This document shows positions 12,811-27,757 of a DNA stretch of 64,000 nt, piece after piece (position 1 is the stretch's first letter; every line of letters starts with the position of its first letter). The stretch covers positions 49,910,001 to 49,974,000 of the forward strand of contig NC_043003.1 in assembly GCF_006345805.1 (NCBI RefSeq), written 5' to 3'. The translations under genes and the position numbers were made by a program. The DNA is from Octopus sinensis (Eukaryota). The notes below the pieces were generated by a model. That model did not search any database and was not told the DNA's origin. It saw only the letters and a program-made list of their open reading frames with translations.

Positions 12811-13619
12811 GTGTGTGGTGTATGTATATATATAAATACAGAGAGAGAGAGAGAGAGAGAGAGGCAGCGATAGACAGAAATGGTCAAAGAGAAAGAGGGA
12901 GTGACTAAGGAGAGTATATCCGCCTGAATGCGAATCTCCTTTTCATGTAAGTCTTCATACATGCACATGTGCGTGTACGTACTTGTATTCATATATCTAT
13001 AAATACACATACACGCACATACATCCATCCATACATACATACATACATACATACATACATACATACATACATACATACATACATACATACATACTACATA
13101 CATACCATACGCACATGTATACACTATATACATATGTATATATAAAGATACGTGTATATGTACATATGTATTATAATATATAATATATATATATATATAT
13201 ATATAAATACATATATATATATGTATATATGTTCACACAGACACACATATATATGTGTATATATGTGAGTGTGTGTGCGCGCGTTTCTGTGTGTGTATGT
13301 TTATGCGTACGGAAATAAATCTATGGTGCGTTGTTGCGGTAGTACACTGGTGGTACACTCTATTCTGAACATGTAAAACAGATTACAAGAAGAACATATA
13401 AAAATGCCCACCCAAATGAAAGTAGTGGTTTATTGAAATCGTTAATAACAAATGAGTTTTAAAATTTTCTATTGGAAAAATAAATAAATAAATAAATAAA
13501 TGAATAAACGCAAAAACGTCAGCATCGCAATTATGCAGTCATTCTTTTCCAGAATCTTCAACGACAATAGATCTGGTGCTACAGCAAAAAAATGTCTATA
13601 CTGCCTACCTCTTCCATCT

Positions 13620-13886
13620 TTTTGCCGTCGTCGTTGTCATCGTTATCATCATCGTCGTCGTCACTCCCCACCACCACCACCATCACCAGTACCACCACCA
13701 CCACTACCATCATCATCATCATCATCATCATCATCTTCATCATCATCGTCATCATCATCACCATCATCCTCTTCTTCTTCTTCTTCTTCTTCTTCTTCTC
13801 CTTCTTCTTCTTCTTCTTCTTCTCCTTCTTCTTCTTAATAGTAATGAAAATAATAATAATGATGATGATAATAATAATAATAATAA

Positions 13887-13924
<38 letters not shown>

Positions 13925-14047
13925 CCTTATCAGACGGGTAGTCATCACCACCACCACCAATACCACCACCACCACCACCATCATCATCATCACCATCATC
14001 ATCATCACCATCATCATAATCATCATCATCATCATCATCATCATCAT

Positions 14048-14089
<42 letters not shown>

Positions 14090-14362
14090 TTTCTTCTTCT
14101 TCTTATTATTATTATTATCATTAATAGTAATGATAATAATAATGATAATAATAAAATAATAATAATAATGATGCTGATGATGATGATGATGATGATGATG
14201 ATTACTTATTGGCCACAAGGGCTGAACACAACGCAAATAGGGAAATTACAATACAAGGGACATGTGGCGTGTTGGACAATAATCGTAACAGTCATTGTCG
14301 TTGGTCTTGTTGCTCTTCTTTTTGTTGTTGATTTTGTTTTGTTGTTCCTTATGATGATGATG

Positions 14363-14393
<31 letters not shown>

Positions 14394-14640
14394 CAAAATT
14401 GCAATGATAATCACCGCCATTTTCTTAGCCATTGTCACCACCTATGTTGTTGTCATCGTTGTCGTTGTCATCATTTGCATTAACATCGTCATCATCAAAA
14501 CATCTATTTTCATTTATTTCTACAACTTTGCAAATTTCTCCTTACTATTTATAATGCTGATCACCACCACCACCACCACCACCAACAACAACAACAGCAA
14601 CAATAAAACAACAACGCTGTCATCCCCGTACCACCATTCC
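13620..14640. repeat. ~1-kb compound trinucleotide array (CGT/CAT/CAC/CTT/AAT/GAT/TGT/CAA)
   Basis: Directly visible consecutive triplet runs. Confidence 0.95.
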
Positions 14641-15291
14641 ACCATTTCCAACATCCTTTTTATTACTGTAGCATTTTGACGTCTTTATACAATTTATTGC
14701 AGTTTTTCAAATTTTCTGTACAGGAATTTATCCCAATCTTAGAAAGCTTGCTACAATATATATCATCCTTAATCGCTCTCACTTCCATTCTCTGAAACTG
14801 ATGGAAATCTTTACCAATTACGTTCTCCAATATTATGAGTCACTCTTCTTCCTTTGAGGTTACCATCAAGTTTTCTATTGAACTAGATCTACTTCTTATC
14901 TGAGTTTTTATTTATCAAAACTAATATCTCATTCTTGAGAATGATCTAATGATCAGAGAAGTCTTTAACTATTTCTGAGATAAGCATATCTCATTTAATC
15001 TTCCTTTATTATGGGTTTTATTTATCTTCCATTGTGAATAAGTGTTTTTTCGCAGTAATAGAATATATTTTTTCAGCCGTCAAATGCACTAATCAAAGTT
15101 CGCCACGAACAAGGAGAAAATAGAGTGCAAAAGTCCGGCCAAGGACTTAAGATCGGACATCTCCATAGCAATCGTTCTCCTTGGAACATTGGTTGATAAC
15201 AGAGAAGTCGACCAACACATACATTTAAGAATTATTGTTAACGAGTTCCCTAGAAATATCTTGCATACAAGCATTTAACTGTTTCAATATA

Positions 15292-15507
15292 CGAGGGGCG
15301 TTCAATAAGTAATGCCCCTGACACACTTGCAATTGTTTGATCTAGCTGAAATTTTGCATGTTCAATTATTTATCACTCTATAGATTAAGTGGCAAATTAC
15401 AGCTCTAGGTGGTTTCTATGTAGAAAAAGACTAATAACTGTGCCAAATTCCGTTGCTCTACTGCTATGGGAAGAGGGTCAGGGGCATTACTTATTGAACG
15501 CCCCGCG
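15292..15507. mobile_element. Mariner-type MITE, 216 bp, ~31-bp TIRs, TA TSD
   Basis: TA|CGAGGGGCGTTCAATAAGTAATGCCCCTGAC ... GTCAGGGGCATTACTTATTGAACGCCCCGCG|TA; one mismatch between the TIRs. Confidence 0.92.
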
Positions 15508-16260
15508 TACACTTTATCTGTTACAAGCACACACATTTTGATACCTTCACATGTCAACTGCATATATTCGCACAGCATATATACTTAAATACAAACAAAA
15601 ACCTCATTAAAGACATTGTTAAAAAGACATTTTAGCTCTACATCTCAATCAACATTTCTTCTGGGCATTTCTCTCTGGATTGTATTTATCCCACAACAAT
15701 TTTTCAAGCATAATAAATATTTATTTCGATGCCTGCAAAAAGATTCGTCGTTATTTGTTTTTCATTCACGTTCAATCAACTCTTTACATAACACTTGTTT
15801 ATACTTTTATCTAATATCAGCAACAAATCTCGTAGTTACAAATATCTTATTTTCTTTTCTTTTCGAATACTTCCCGCTAGCATGTTAATTCCTACTCAGA
15901 TTTTATGCTACAGACGATAAAAATATATCTTTCGAGGTCTGCTTTCAGTATTCCCTTTTGTAAAAGCAAGTCGTTCTAACTTCAGCGTGTGATCAAAGTA
16001 CGGAAGGTCATCGACTGTTTAGGTGACATTGCAAATATTTCTTTTCCAGCATCGACACCAAGAATTATCTAAGCTGCTTCATATTCTTCTATGACCATTT
16101 TTTCAGGATTGTTAGCTTTTATGGTAAAGGCTAATGAACAAATTCAAGCCTTCTCAGACATACTGGATTGTTTCAAATTACTTTGCTTCACAATTCGTTC
16201 TTCCTGTTCTAAAAAATCTTAAGGAGTCGTTCCTCTTGATCATGTGGGAAAACAGAAGGA

Positions 16261-16745
16261 AAATGTTGGTATCATTATCCTTTTGATATGAATGATTGTC
16301 GTTGTAGGCTACCATATTCTTTTAGGCACGTTCTTCTCTTAAGGTACACGGAAACGCTAATGCTGGAGATTAATTGCGTGCGTCTACATAATCTGTCACT
16401 TATTTTTATGTCTTCGCTAATTCTTCAAAAACAGGTTTTCTTGGTACGCTAGGGTCGAATGTAATATATTACCGCCTTCCTTTCTAAAAGACAATCAAAA
16501 CCAACATCAGTCACCTAGCAAGTGGTAAACCATTCATCATTAGCTACAAATGGTGAGAAATTAATGACTCTGAATTTGAACATGGGCAACCTTTTAATGT
16601 AGGTTTTTGTCATAGCACGTCTTCCAAATTGAATCATGGGAGCTGATTTTCTTCACCATTTTAATCTTTTGGTTGATGTTAACAATAATACAGTGATTTA
16701 TACGACTATTAATTTAGTTGATATAACAGCTGGCGGTAATAAATG
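16261..16745 (+). mobile_element. Decayed Ty3/Gypsy gag C-terminus and aspartic protease
   Basis: KCWYHYPFDMNDCRCRLPYSF (Gypsy gag CWYH motif), then YFYVFANSSKTGFLV..GSN and GEKLMTLNLNMG..VFVIA..IMGADFLHHFNL..VDV (retropepsin-like). Stops and frameshifts present. Confidence 0.8.
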
Positions 16746-17159
16746 AGAGGAAGTTAATATTGTGTTTAATTCACTGAGAACTCATCACCTAGTCGTTGGC
16801 CAATCTGCAAATGTAAATCTCTTGACAGATTAGTGTTTTTGTTGTCGGAGTTTCTTCTTTAAATTTCTTCTTTAAATTTACATCAACGATACACTTGGTA
16901 AAGACATGAAATGGTCTTACGATTTATTTTGTTTTATTTTTGTCGTAGTTTTTTTATTGTTAGAAATTTGTATTAGGCGCAGACAAAGCTGTGTTTTGAA
17001 ATAGATCGCTATGCAGCTACGTGGTTTCAGATTCATCCCTACTGCGCGGCACCTTGGCAAATGTCTTCTACCATGGCCCCAGGCCGACCAGAGTCTTGTG
17101 AGAGGATTTGGTTAACAGAAACTGTGAAACTGTGTTTGCGTGTGTGTATGTGAGTGTGA

Positions 17160-17200
<41 letters not shown>

Positions 17201-17737
17201 TGTGTGTGTTTGTGTGTGTGTTTATGCTCTAAACTGCCTGAAAGCCGATGTTGGTTTATTTATGTCTTCTTAACGGTTCGTAAAGGAGACAGATAGAAGT
17301 AATGGGCTAATTTGTTCGACAAAACGCTTCAAGGCGGTACTCCAGAATGGCCGCAGTTCATTGCTTGAGATGAGTCAAAGATACCAGATTGACTACCAGA
17401 GTCGAATGTGTCTTTTGTATTTCCAATTTTCCTAATCACCAGTAACACGTATAGAGCCAATCGAAAATACTCACTAACTACGAAATTTTCAGAGCTGACG
17501 AGCGACCCTCACAATGGTCACTCGACCTGCTGAAAATAGTAGTCGAATTTCTCTTAGTTCTTAACCGTACTCTCAAAACCAAAAAAAGGTTACATTGGAT
17601 AACAAAATCTTAGAAACAAATGATAATCATATGTATACTTGGGCTGGAATGCGCTGCAGCTAAGCAACAGTACAATAATAGCTACAAAAGTTTGCTGGTT
17701 CATCATCAAAATACGTCAGTATTAAACAAACAACAAA

Positions 17738-18340
17738 GGCGGTGAGCTGGCAGTAACGTTAGCACGCCGGACGAAATGCTTAGCAGTATCACGTTCGGAG
17801 TTCAAATTCCGCTGAGATCGACTTTCCCTTTCATCCTTCCGGAGTCGATAAATTAAGTACCAGTTACGCACTGGGGTCGATGTAATCGACTTAATCTGTT
17901 TGTCTGTTCTTGTTTGTCCCCTCTATATTTAGCCCCTTGTGGGCAATAAAGAAATAAGAAGCATTAGCACGCCGGACGAAATGCTTAGCAGTAGTATTTC
18001 GTCTGTCGCTACGTTCTGAGTTCAAATTCCTCCGAGATCGACTTTCCCTTTCATCCTTTCGGGGTCGATAAATTAAGAAACATTTGCGTTCTGGGATCGA
18101 TCTAATCAACTGGCCATCTCCCCCAAAAATTTTGGGCCTTGTGCCTAGAGTAGAAAAGAATTATTACCGCGTCGGACAAAATGCTTAGTGGCATTCTGAG
18201 TTCAAATGCTGCCGAAGTCGATCTTACCTTTCATCCTTTTGCGGTCGATAAAATAAGTACTAGTTGAGGATTTGGGGGTCGATGTAATCGACTTGCCACA
18301 CTCTCAGAAATTGCTGGCCTTCAGCCAAAATTTCAAACCA
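17738..18340 (+). mobile_element. Tandem cluster of ~3 SINE family D copies
   Basis: Repeated GTTAGCACGCCGGACGAAATGCTTAG..GAGTTCAAATTCC..TTTCATCCTTTCGGGGTCGATAAA. Other copies at approximately 23640-23930(-), 26040-26460(-), 31052-31278, 37130-37260, 51160-51395 and 57160-57345(-). Confidence 0.8.
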
Positions 18341-18685
18341 ATACTAAACAAAGGTAAAAAAGAAAGTTTCTCTTGTCTTAGATGTCTGAGACTGGGACAG
18401 GATACCAGAACAATAAGGGCTTCTTCACTAAATCAGTAAATAAAATCACAAGCTTTCACTGTTATTTGTGGCTGATATAGGTTTTCAATGCGCTGGAAAA
18501 TCCAATATACTACTTGAGTTAATCATGTCAATGTTGCTTCATTTTGTGTTATTTATCGTGTATAGATATTGAGATGGCAGTTGTAAATTAAAATCTTTTG
18601 AAAATTCTTTCGCTTTCAACTGACAGCATAGTATGGCGTGAATAGTTTCTCTTCTTCCGTGTACGAAGAGATGTACGTATGTATG

Positions 18686-18734
<49 letters not shown>

Positions 18735-18829
18735 GTATATATATATGTATATATATATGTATATAATATATATGTATATATATATATGTATATATATATA
18801 TTATATATGTATATATATATATGTATATA

Positions 18830-18982
<153 letters not shown>

Positions 18983-19661
18983 ATACAATGTGAGTCAGCT
19001 GACATTAAGTAACTATTAATACATTACAGCAATGTCTTATGCAAAATACGTGTAAATTGATATCGGAAACAAATTATTATTTATGTTTGTATGTACACGT
19101 GTGTGTGTGTGTGTGTGTGCATGTTTGTGTGTGTGTGTGTGAGTATCTTTGTATGATTGCGTTTATGTATAGTTGTATGTGAGTATGCTTGCGAGTATAA
19201 AATGAAGTAACTTCATATATAATACAAAATGTATTACATATAATACGTGTTGCAGGGAAAAAGCTAATTAATGTATGTGTGTGTGTGTGTGTGTGCATGT
19301 GTGTGCGTGCGAGCATGTTTCTGTACATATGTGTGTATTTGCGTGTGCGTGTGTATCTGCATCTCTGTGTGTTTAAGGGTGTGAGTGTACGTATGCAAAT
19401 TATAATACATCATTTGATAACATGCTATCATAAACATACCAAAATAAAAGCAGTAGAGACTAATTTAGTTTTCCTTGCAAACTAAAGGTACGGAGCCGGT
19501 TTCAATTCCCGCTTCTAGTTATTTCACCTATTTTTCATCATGTTTGCTAATTCCTGACTATGCAAATCTATGATTAAAGGCATTCCAAGAGTTAGCACCC
19601 GCTTTCGCATTACATAGTATCAAGAACTTCATTATCAATTGCTGTACTTGAGATAAATAAG

Positions 19662-20073
19662 CTCTTTTACTCTTTTACTTGTTTCAGTCATTTGATTGCG
19701 GTCATGCTGGAGCACCACCTTTAGTCGAGCAAATCGACCCCAGAACCTATTCTTTGTAAGCCTAGTACTTATTCTATCGGTCGCTTTTGCCGAACCGCTA
19801 AGTCACGGGGACGTAAACACACTAGCATCGATTGTGAAGCGATGTTGGGGGGGGGGGCAAACACAGACACACAAACATATATACACCTCGTGTGTACCGT
19901 TAGCGATTTTTTTCCTCTGTCTTCCCTTCTCGGGATCTTTCCTTCTATGTTTCCGTCGAAGAGCTCCGCTCGAAACCCTCTTCTTCCCTTCTTTCCTGAG
20001 CGTCCAATAATACTGTATTTGTTCCACGTCCTCGCGTTGATGTGTTTTTTTGTGTTTTCTTGTTTGGATTAAC

Positions 20074-20138
<65 letters not shown>

Positions 20139-20280
20139 TACGACGAGCGCCTTTCGGTTTCCGTCTACCAAATCCACTCACAAGGCTATAGTAGAAGTGC
20201 CACAGTGCCACGCATTGGGACTGAACCCGAAACCATGTGGTTGGTAAGCAAGCTACTTACTACACAGCCACTCCTGCGCC
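19662..20280 (-). mobile_element. SINE family A carrying a nested Penelope-like terminal fragment (~19890-20075)
   Basis: Complete head at 20280 and tail at 19662. The insert lies in the internal microsatellite and carries a degenerate hammerhead-like CCGTCGAAGAGCTCCGCTCGAAAC. Confidence 0.75.
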
Positions 20281-20760
20281 TATTTTCCCAAAATAAAGCT
20301 GCATATTTTCCCCTAAAACATGTAACAAAGATCACCTTAAGTCCTCTATGCGAATTGGGCCTTCCATAATCTTTAAAGCACAAAAACATATTTCTTTCCT
20401 GAATATGCGCCGCTGAAATCGGTGATGCGTTTAATTATGCTTGTACATCTTTGATGCCATCAAATACGGCATATCTTTCCAATCTTAAGATGTTTTATAG
20501 TATGATTTAAAGATTTGGTCGCTACTCTCTTGAGAACCGAGAGATACTATAGTGGTTCTCTTGAGGAGTGTAGAAACATAACTTTCCTGTCATAACGGGT
20601 GGTAACGCCCTGATCAACGATGGATTAATTAGTCGCTGATTACAGAAAGGCCTTGCAATTCCCACACGAAGAACAAGATAGAAACGAGAAATTGGGAGTG
20701 ACAACGAAATGAAGTCTGAGCTTCGAATAAAATGTAAACAGTGTAACACACACGCACGCG

Positions 20761-20831
<71 letters not shown>

Positions 20832-21127
20832 AAACAGTACTTGGAGAAGAAGAACGGAACGAAACGAACGAATCGACGCGAGGGCGCTGTCATACAATAG
20901 TGTAATAAATAAAATATATGCATACATACATACATATATGTACGTACCTACATCTACATGTATATATACATGTATATATAAATATATATACGTGAGTACA
21001 GGACACCACAAATAGACGTAGAACTCAATGAGAAATGAAAACGGAAAAACAAGCATGGAACAAACCATTTTTTTACAACAGAAAAACAGAGTACAAGACA
21101 AACTACACAAGGAAAAAATCAAACTAC

Positions 21128-21246
<119 letters not shown>

Positions 21247-21688
21247 TATATATATATATACTGTTGATGTAGTCGTATTCTAAACGCTAACCTTATTTCC
21301 TTTTTTGTACACGTATTTTTGTCAGTAGCAATGAAGATTTAAAATCTACATAATAGCATTGCAATACACAAACTAAGACATGATCAACAAGTTATAATTA
21401 TCTTCTCGTTTAGCATCATTTTTAATATTATTTTCTTTTTTAGATAACAACCTTTGATCTTGATAAAAGCTTCACACGTTCTTGACATTTTATCAAGTAC
21501 TTACGTTAGATAAGACCGCGCGCTATATTCCTAACAGTGTTGAACTGAAGATGCTCAAACGCATATTGGACACGTTAGAAGCTGTTAACAGTTCATTCAT
21601 TTGTTCATTCCGGCTCTCTATCCGTTGCTCTGTTCATACAGACACGCACCGCGTTCCTCACTTTAATACTTTTTTAATATATTCGAAA

Positions 21689-22087
21689 CTAGTAGTATCG
21701 CCCGGCGTTGCTCGGGTTTGTAAGGGAAATAACTGTATAAGCATTTTTAGAGATGTAAAGTATAACAGCCATCTCAATATGGCTAACCACAAAGGGGGGA
21801 GGGTGGTACTGTAGCTTTTTACGTTCTGGGATTTAATAATAAATTTTTAGAGACTTACTTCCCTTATATATGCCAAAAATGCATTAAAAATGGGAAAAAT
21901 TGATGGTAAATTTTTGTTTAAATCATAGACTCATCGTAGACGCGCGCTAATACCCAGAAGGGCTCGATATGAATCACGACTATAAGATACCCGGTTTTGG
22001 TTAAACTGCACCGCAAAATGTGGGAGTAGTTAGGAATCTAAATCGTAGGAGACAGACAGCACACAACCTCAATTTTATATATAAAGA
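21689..22087 (-). mobile_element. Non-autonomous Helitron, second family
   Basis: On the minus strand A|TCTTTATATATAAAA ... GAGCAACGCCGGGCGATACTACTAG|T. The last ~70 bp are shared with 3550-3925 but the body differs. Confidence 0.8.
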
Positions 22088-22127
22088 TTAGACATGTTAG
22101 TTTTAAAACGTTACACATCTTTTAGAT

Positions 22128-22478
22128 CAATGGTTTTCAACCATGTTTTTTTTTTGTTTTGTTTTGTAATGGACTCTTTTGATTTCTATTTTTCTCGCGT
22201 GGACCCTCATAACCAAATCTATATTATTAGGATTTGTATTAAAAAATTACTAAAATATTGTGTATTGTAGAAATATAAGCGGTTAATTGCACCTAAATTT
22301 TGACAACAAAACCTTATATAGACTCTAAAGGGTCATACGGACCCCCAAGGGTCATACGAATCCCCAAAAGTCATACCGATCCCCAAGAGTCATACCGACC
22401 CCCAAGGGTCATACGGACCCCCAAAAGTCATACAGGCCCCCAAGAGTCATACGGATCTCCAAGGGTTGAGAACCATTG
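22128..22478. mobile_element. hAT-like MITE with an internal ~19-bp minisatellite
   Basis: TIRs CAATGGTTTTCAACC / GGTTGAGAACCATTG; about 7 copies of RGTCATACGGACCCCCAA at ~22330-22462. No clear 8-bp TSD. Partial inverted relative at ~35485-35610. Confidence 0.7.
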
Positions 22479-23041
22479 TTGGTCGATTGAAGTAAAACAA
22501 ACGGTGCAAAACACACACAGACCTACACACACAAGGAGACAGAGGTGCATACATATACAAACACACGCTCTCTCACACACACACATACATAGAAAATACA
22601 CAGACACGGACATGCAAGCACATGAATATGCAGAATACTTACATACAGATGCACACACATACATACATATATACATGTGCATGCAGACACATATATACAT
22701 ACACACACGTGCATACATACATACACACATATATACATACGTACATGCATGCATAGGCACACACACACACACACACACACACTGACCCACACACATGCGC
22801 ACAAGCAAACAAAAAGGAATGCAGTGTAAATAACGGACAGAGTCAAGACTATTGAAAAGGTTGCAAGACGCAACGAAAATTTTAGGTAAATAAAAGAAAT
22901 GTGTGGAAATTCTACCGGTGAGTGTATGGCACAAAAAGAAAATGACTCTCCCCAGACACAGAATAATTGTTTGTAATTTGAGAACAAAGCCATAAATTTT
23001 GAAGGGTTGGCGTTAGACAATTAAACTGATCCCACCCAGTA

Positions 23042-23180
23042 CAGGCATACCTCAACTTACGTCGTTTCGAGTTACATCATTTTCGAATTAAAGTAGTTTT
23101 ATAAGAAACTGATTGAAAAAAAAATTAACAAACATCAACTTCAGTCGGTTTATTCCGACTTTACATCGGTTTCAGCGAAC
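23042..23180 (+). mobile_element. Possible Tigger/pogo-like terminus
   Basis: TA|CAGGCATACCTC resembles Tigger TIR starts; no matching right TIR found. Confidence 0.35.
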
Positions 23181-23298
23181 ATAAGCAGTGGCTATGTGGT
23201 AAGTAGCTTGCTTACGAACTACATATTTCCAGGTTCAGTCCCACAAAGCCTTGTGAGTGGATTTGGTAACTGAAAGAAACCCGTCGTATATATGTGTA

Positions 23299-23369
<71 letters not shown>

Positions 23370-25135
23370 TGTGTCTGTGACTGTTCCCCCAACACCGCTT
23401 GACAACCGATGCTGGTGGGTTTACGTCCTCGTAACTTAGCGGTTTGGCAAAAGAGCCCGATAGAATACAAAGATGGAATATCTTTAGAAGATAGAAGACC
23501 GATAGAATAGAATACAAAGAATAAGTCCTGGGGTCGATTTGTTCGACTAAAGGCGGTGCTCCAGCATGGCCACAGTCAAATGACTGAAACAAGTAAAAAA
23601 AGAGTAAAAAAGAGAATAAAAGATATCTTAAAAACCAATGTTAATCTAAGATTCAAAGACGGGTGAAGCATTTTGCCCGGAATGCTAACAACTCTGGCAG
23701 CTCGCCACCCTACTTTAGAAATAATATTAATTTCAAATTTTGACACGAGGCCTGCTATTTCTTTGGAGCGGATGGTTAGTTGATTTCTCCGGTGCTTATT
23801 TTATCGACCTGAAAAAAGATGAAAAGCAAAAACCGACTTTGGCGAAATTTAAACTCAGAACGTAAGAACGGACGAAATGTTGCTCAAGCATTTTGTCCGG
23901 AGTGCTAACGATTGTGCCAGCTCGCCACCCAACCTTAAAACTGATATTGAAGCAGAAAATCGAAAAAATACACGTGAAGATAAATACAAGTCATTTATTA
24001 AACCGTGGAGGCACATGGCCTAGTGGTTAGAGCAGCGGATTCGTGGTCGAGGGATCGCGGGTTCGAATCTCAGACCGGGCGATGTGTGTGTTTATGAGCG
24101 AAACTCCTAAGCTCCACGCGGCCTTCCAGCAGAAGGTAATGGCGAACTTCTGCTGACTCTTTCGCCACAACTTTCTCTCTCTCTTCCCTCCTGCATTTTG
24201 CAGCTCACCTGCGACGGACCGGCGTCCGATCTAGATGGGGATTCTATACGCCAATGAAACCGGGAAACCGGCCGTATGAGCCAGGCGTGGCTCGAGAAGG
24301 AACAAACAGCAATTTATTAAAACAGACGCGAGCTAATGAATTTTTTAAAAAAATTGTTTCCGTTTTTCTTCGGTTTTTTTTTTTTTGGCGGGGGGCGTTA
24401 AGTCGCAGTTGAGCAGTGAAGTCGATGAGGTCGACTTGATTCCTTTCCTGAAGTTTCTGGCCTTGTGCCAAAATCTGAAACCGCTAATTAATTACGTGTT
24501 CAGTTCAAAATCTTGATGTAATTTTACCTTTTATCACTCTGCCGGTGATGAGATATAGGGATGGTTGCTCAGGTAAAATACCAGTAATATACTGAGACCT
24601 ACTAATCTTAATGAACATGTGATTGTGGGTTAAAGAAGAGAAATCAGCATTGATATGTTATTGGAATTTCTAACACACACACATACAAACACACGCATAA
24701 CACACAGGTATATTCTATACGCGCACATACGTACGCGGTAATAAAACGCATGCCCCACTATTTACGTAGTTATTAGTCTTAGCGAGTTGTTTTCATAAAA
24801 AGAATTCAACAAATATTCATATAAATTATATATTTCTTGGGGGCAGTAACATAAGTTTATAGTGTGAAAGGATAGACGAAAACTGCTAACGTCTGATATA
24901 CGATATAGAGGAAATATGTCTGATCTTACCTTGGAGCAAATCTTCCGTTACACACCCATACACTCACGTACACATACGATTATTGGTTTCGAAATTCTTT
25001 TTTTAGATCCATCTCTCAGTTATGATTAGATTTCTGCCGTGATTCGTTATATTCAGTAAAGATTCTCTTACACAATATAGGAGGCAACCAGTTCTTCAGG
25101 GCATTGAGCCGGCATGTTTATCATCTATCTATCTA

Positions 25136-25184
<49 letters not shown>

Positions 25185-25665
25185 GTCTGTCTGTCTGTCT
25201 GCATGTGTGTGTGTGCATGTATTTGTATGTGCGTGTGGTGGGGACGCTAGGCTTCGTGATTAAGGTGTTGCATTCATGAACGTAAGATTGTGGTTTCGAT
25301 TCCTGGACAGAGTGATACATCGTGATCTTGAGCAAGACACTACATTTCACGTTACTTTAGTCCACTTAGCTCACAACAGTGAATAATACCTTGACGGCCC
25401 GTTCCGCAACAGAATCCAGAAAACCGTCCTTATGATCATTTTGATATATGTTAAATCGTTAATCCTAGCAAGTTTTTTCTCTTGAAAGTGTACACATCCT
25501 CACTCCCATCTGTCGCCAAAAGTATATGCATATACATACAAACCCACACACACACACCATAAAGGTTCATACACACGTCTACATAAGCACAAGCACAAGA
25601 AAAAACAGGGTTAAGAGTAACAATACAGAAAAAAGGCACAAGGGAGTATACAAAGAGTAAACCAC

Positions 25666-25706
<41 letters not shown>

Positions 25707-26684
25707 TAAGATACTCAGCTCTAACCAGCAGACCTATAACCAAAAGTATTCTGGCATTTAACATTTCGTTAATTGCTTTTTTTTTTTGTATGTTTTCTCA
25801 GATATAGTGTATCTATGATTGCATTATCTATGTTCCTCTGTCCTTTTGTAAGACAGAAAAGGTATAACTAGAGGGAAATTTGGTTGCTATTTCTTGGCAG
25901 GTTGACAGACTAAAGTTGATGACCTTTCGTTGGCTGGATAAGACCGTCTACTACTGTCAGTGCATCAAATTTCACCTCTATACGACACAGAATAGTAGAG
26001 CTCTACCTGATACAAACCACCTATTGGCACTTTCACCCAAATTATTAATCCTTTCTGTTAAAGACACAAGTCCTGAAATTCTGGGTAGGGGACAGTCGAT
26101 TACATCGACCCCTGTTGCTCAGCTGGTTCTTATTTTTATTGACCCTGAAAGGATAAAAGGCAAAGTCGACCTCGGAGGATTTTGAATTCAGAAAGTAAAG
26201 ACGGACGAAATACTGCTTAGCATTTTACCCTCGGCACTTTGCACCTACTTTATTAATCCTTTCTGTTAAAGGCCTGAAATTCTGAATAGTTGGGGGACAG
26301 TCGACTACATCGATTCCAGTGTTCAACTAGTTCTTATTTTATCGATCTCGAAAAGATGAAAGGCAAAGTCATCCTCAGCAGAATTTGAATTTAGAACATA
26401 AAAACGGACGAAATTCTGCTTAGCCTGGCGTTCTAACGATTCTGCCAGATCAACGCCTTAGGCTCCTTCTCTCCAAATTTTATTAATGAGAAGACAAAGT
26501 TGAGTTGGCATCGATATGATTCTTCTTTCTTTGACATTGTGTTCTACAAATGCAAAAAGTGTTTAAACTTTTAAAACATGGTATTTTTTTCATCCCGTCC
26601 ATTTTACAATCCTCAGCGGCTATCGCCTCTGAGGAAATCTAATGCAAAGTAAAAACCAACATTGATACCTCTGAGCACCAAACA

Positions 26685-26753
<69 letters not shown>

Positions 26754-27039
26754 CGTGTGTGTGTGTGTGTGTGTGTTTGTTTGTGTGTCTATATTTGTCC
26801 CCGCAACATCGCTTGACAACCGATGCTGGTGTGTTTACGTCCACGTAACGTAGCGGTTCGGCAAAAGAGCCCGATAGAATAAGTACTAGGCTTCCAAAGA
26901 ATAAGTCCTGGGTTCGATTTGCTCGAGTCAAGTCGGTGCTCCAGCATGGCCGCAGTCAAATGACTGAAACAAGTAAAAGAGATACATTGATGATTTTGTC
27001 TGAGGAAATGAGATGTCTTTTAATTCAATTACGCAGATC

Positions 27040-27490
27040 ATATATGATCACATTTTATATGTGGGTAAACAGTCCGGCAAATATTATTAAGTGTATATTG
27101 ACAATTTTGATTTTTGAAGAGCCTTTCACTTGTTCAACAATTAGCGATGAAACACGTGGATTTTTTTTCTTTAATGCTCAAGAATTGCAGAGCTGTCTTA
27201 CGATTCAAGTCTCAAACTTGAATTTATTTTCAAAAACAGAATTAAAAGCGTTTTATTTTTATTTTCAGTCGAATATGAAATCAGAATTCTTAAAGCTATC
27301 GAGATTAACAATAACAGTTCTTCTACGACTTCGTTTAGCATATTTTTCTAAAACAGATTTTTCAGTTTTAACACCAATAAAAGACAAATTTCTATTGGGA
27401 ACTTAGAAATTCCTTTAAAAACATCATTGATGAATATTAAGTCACAGTTTCTTGTATTGTACTAAAATAAACAAAACATATTTATCCCAT
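27040..27490 (+). mobile_element. Decayed hAT (Charlie/Buster-like) transposase C-terminal dimerisation region
   Basis: ORF 26936-27406 ends KSEFLKLSRLTITVLLRLRLAYFSKTDFSVLTPIKDK, similar to K.EYP.L...A..LLPF.TTYLCE.GFS.L..IK.K. A shifted frame downstream gives LMNIKSQF..LY*NKQ. Confidence 0.6.
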
Positions 27491-27757
27491 GGAAGATAGT
27501 CATACAATACATTTTTTTGTTATTTGCAACGTGTTATGCAGTCTAACATTTTCATTATTTATATTTCCTGAGCTTTAATTTGTTATTAACAGGATTTCTT
27601 TTAAATTAATCACATGCAGAACTTATTTTTACATGTTGAATATTAATACGAAGAAATAGCGAGAAAAATGTATTTGATAAAAAGAAAGGATCGTAAGGAA
27701 AGAAAGTTTACGAAACAATGATATAAATAAAACATGACAGAAATGTCCAGTAGAGCA

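Noticed and set aside
22330-22462. Short regular repeats resembling a CRISPR array
   Set aside because: There are no unique spacers; it is a head-to-tail minisatellite inside a eukaryotic MITE.
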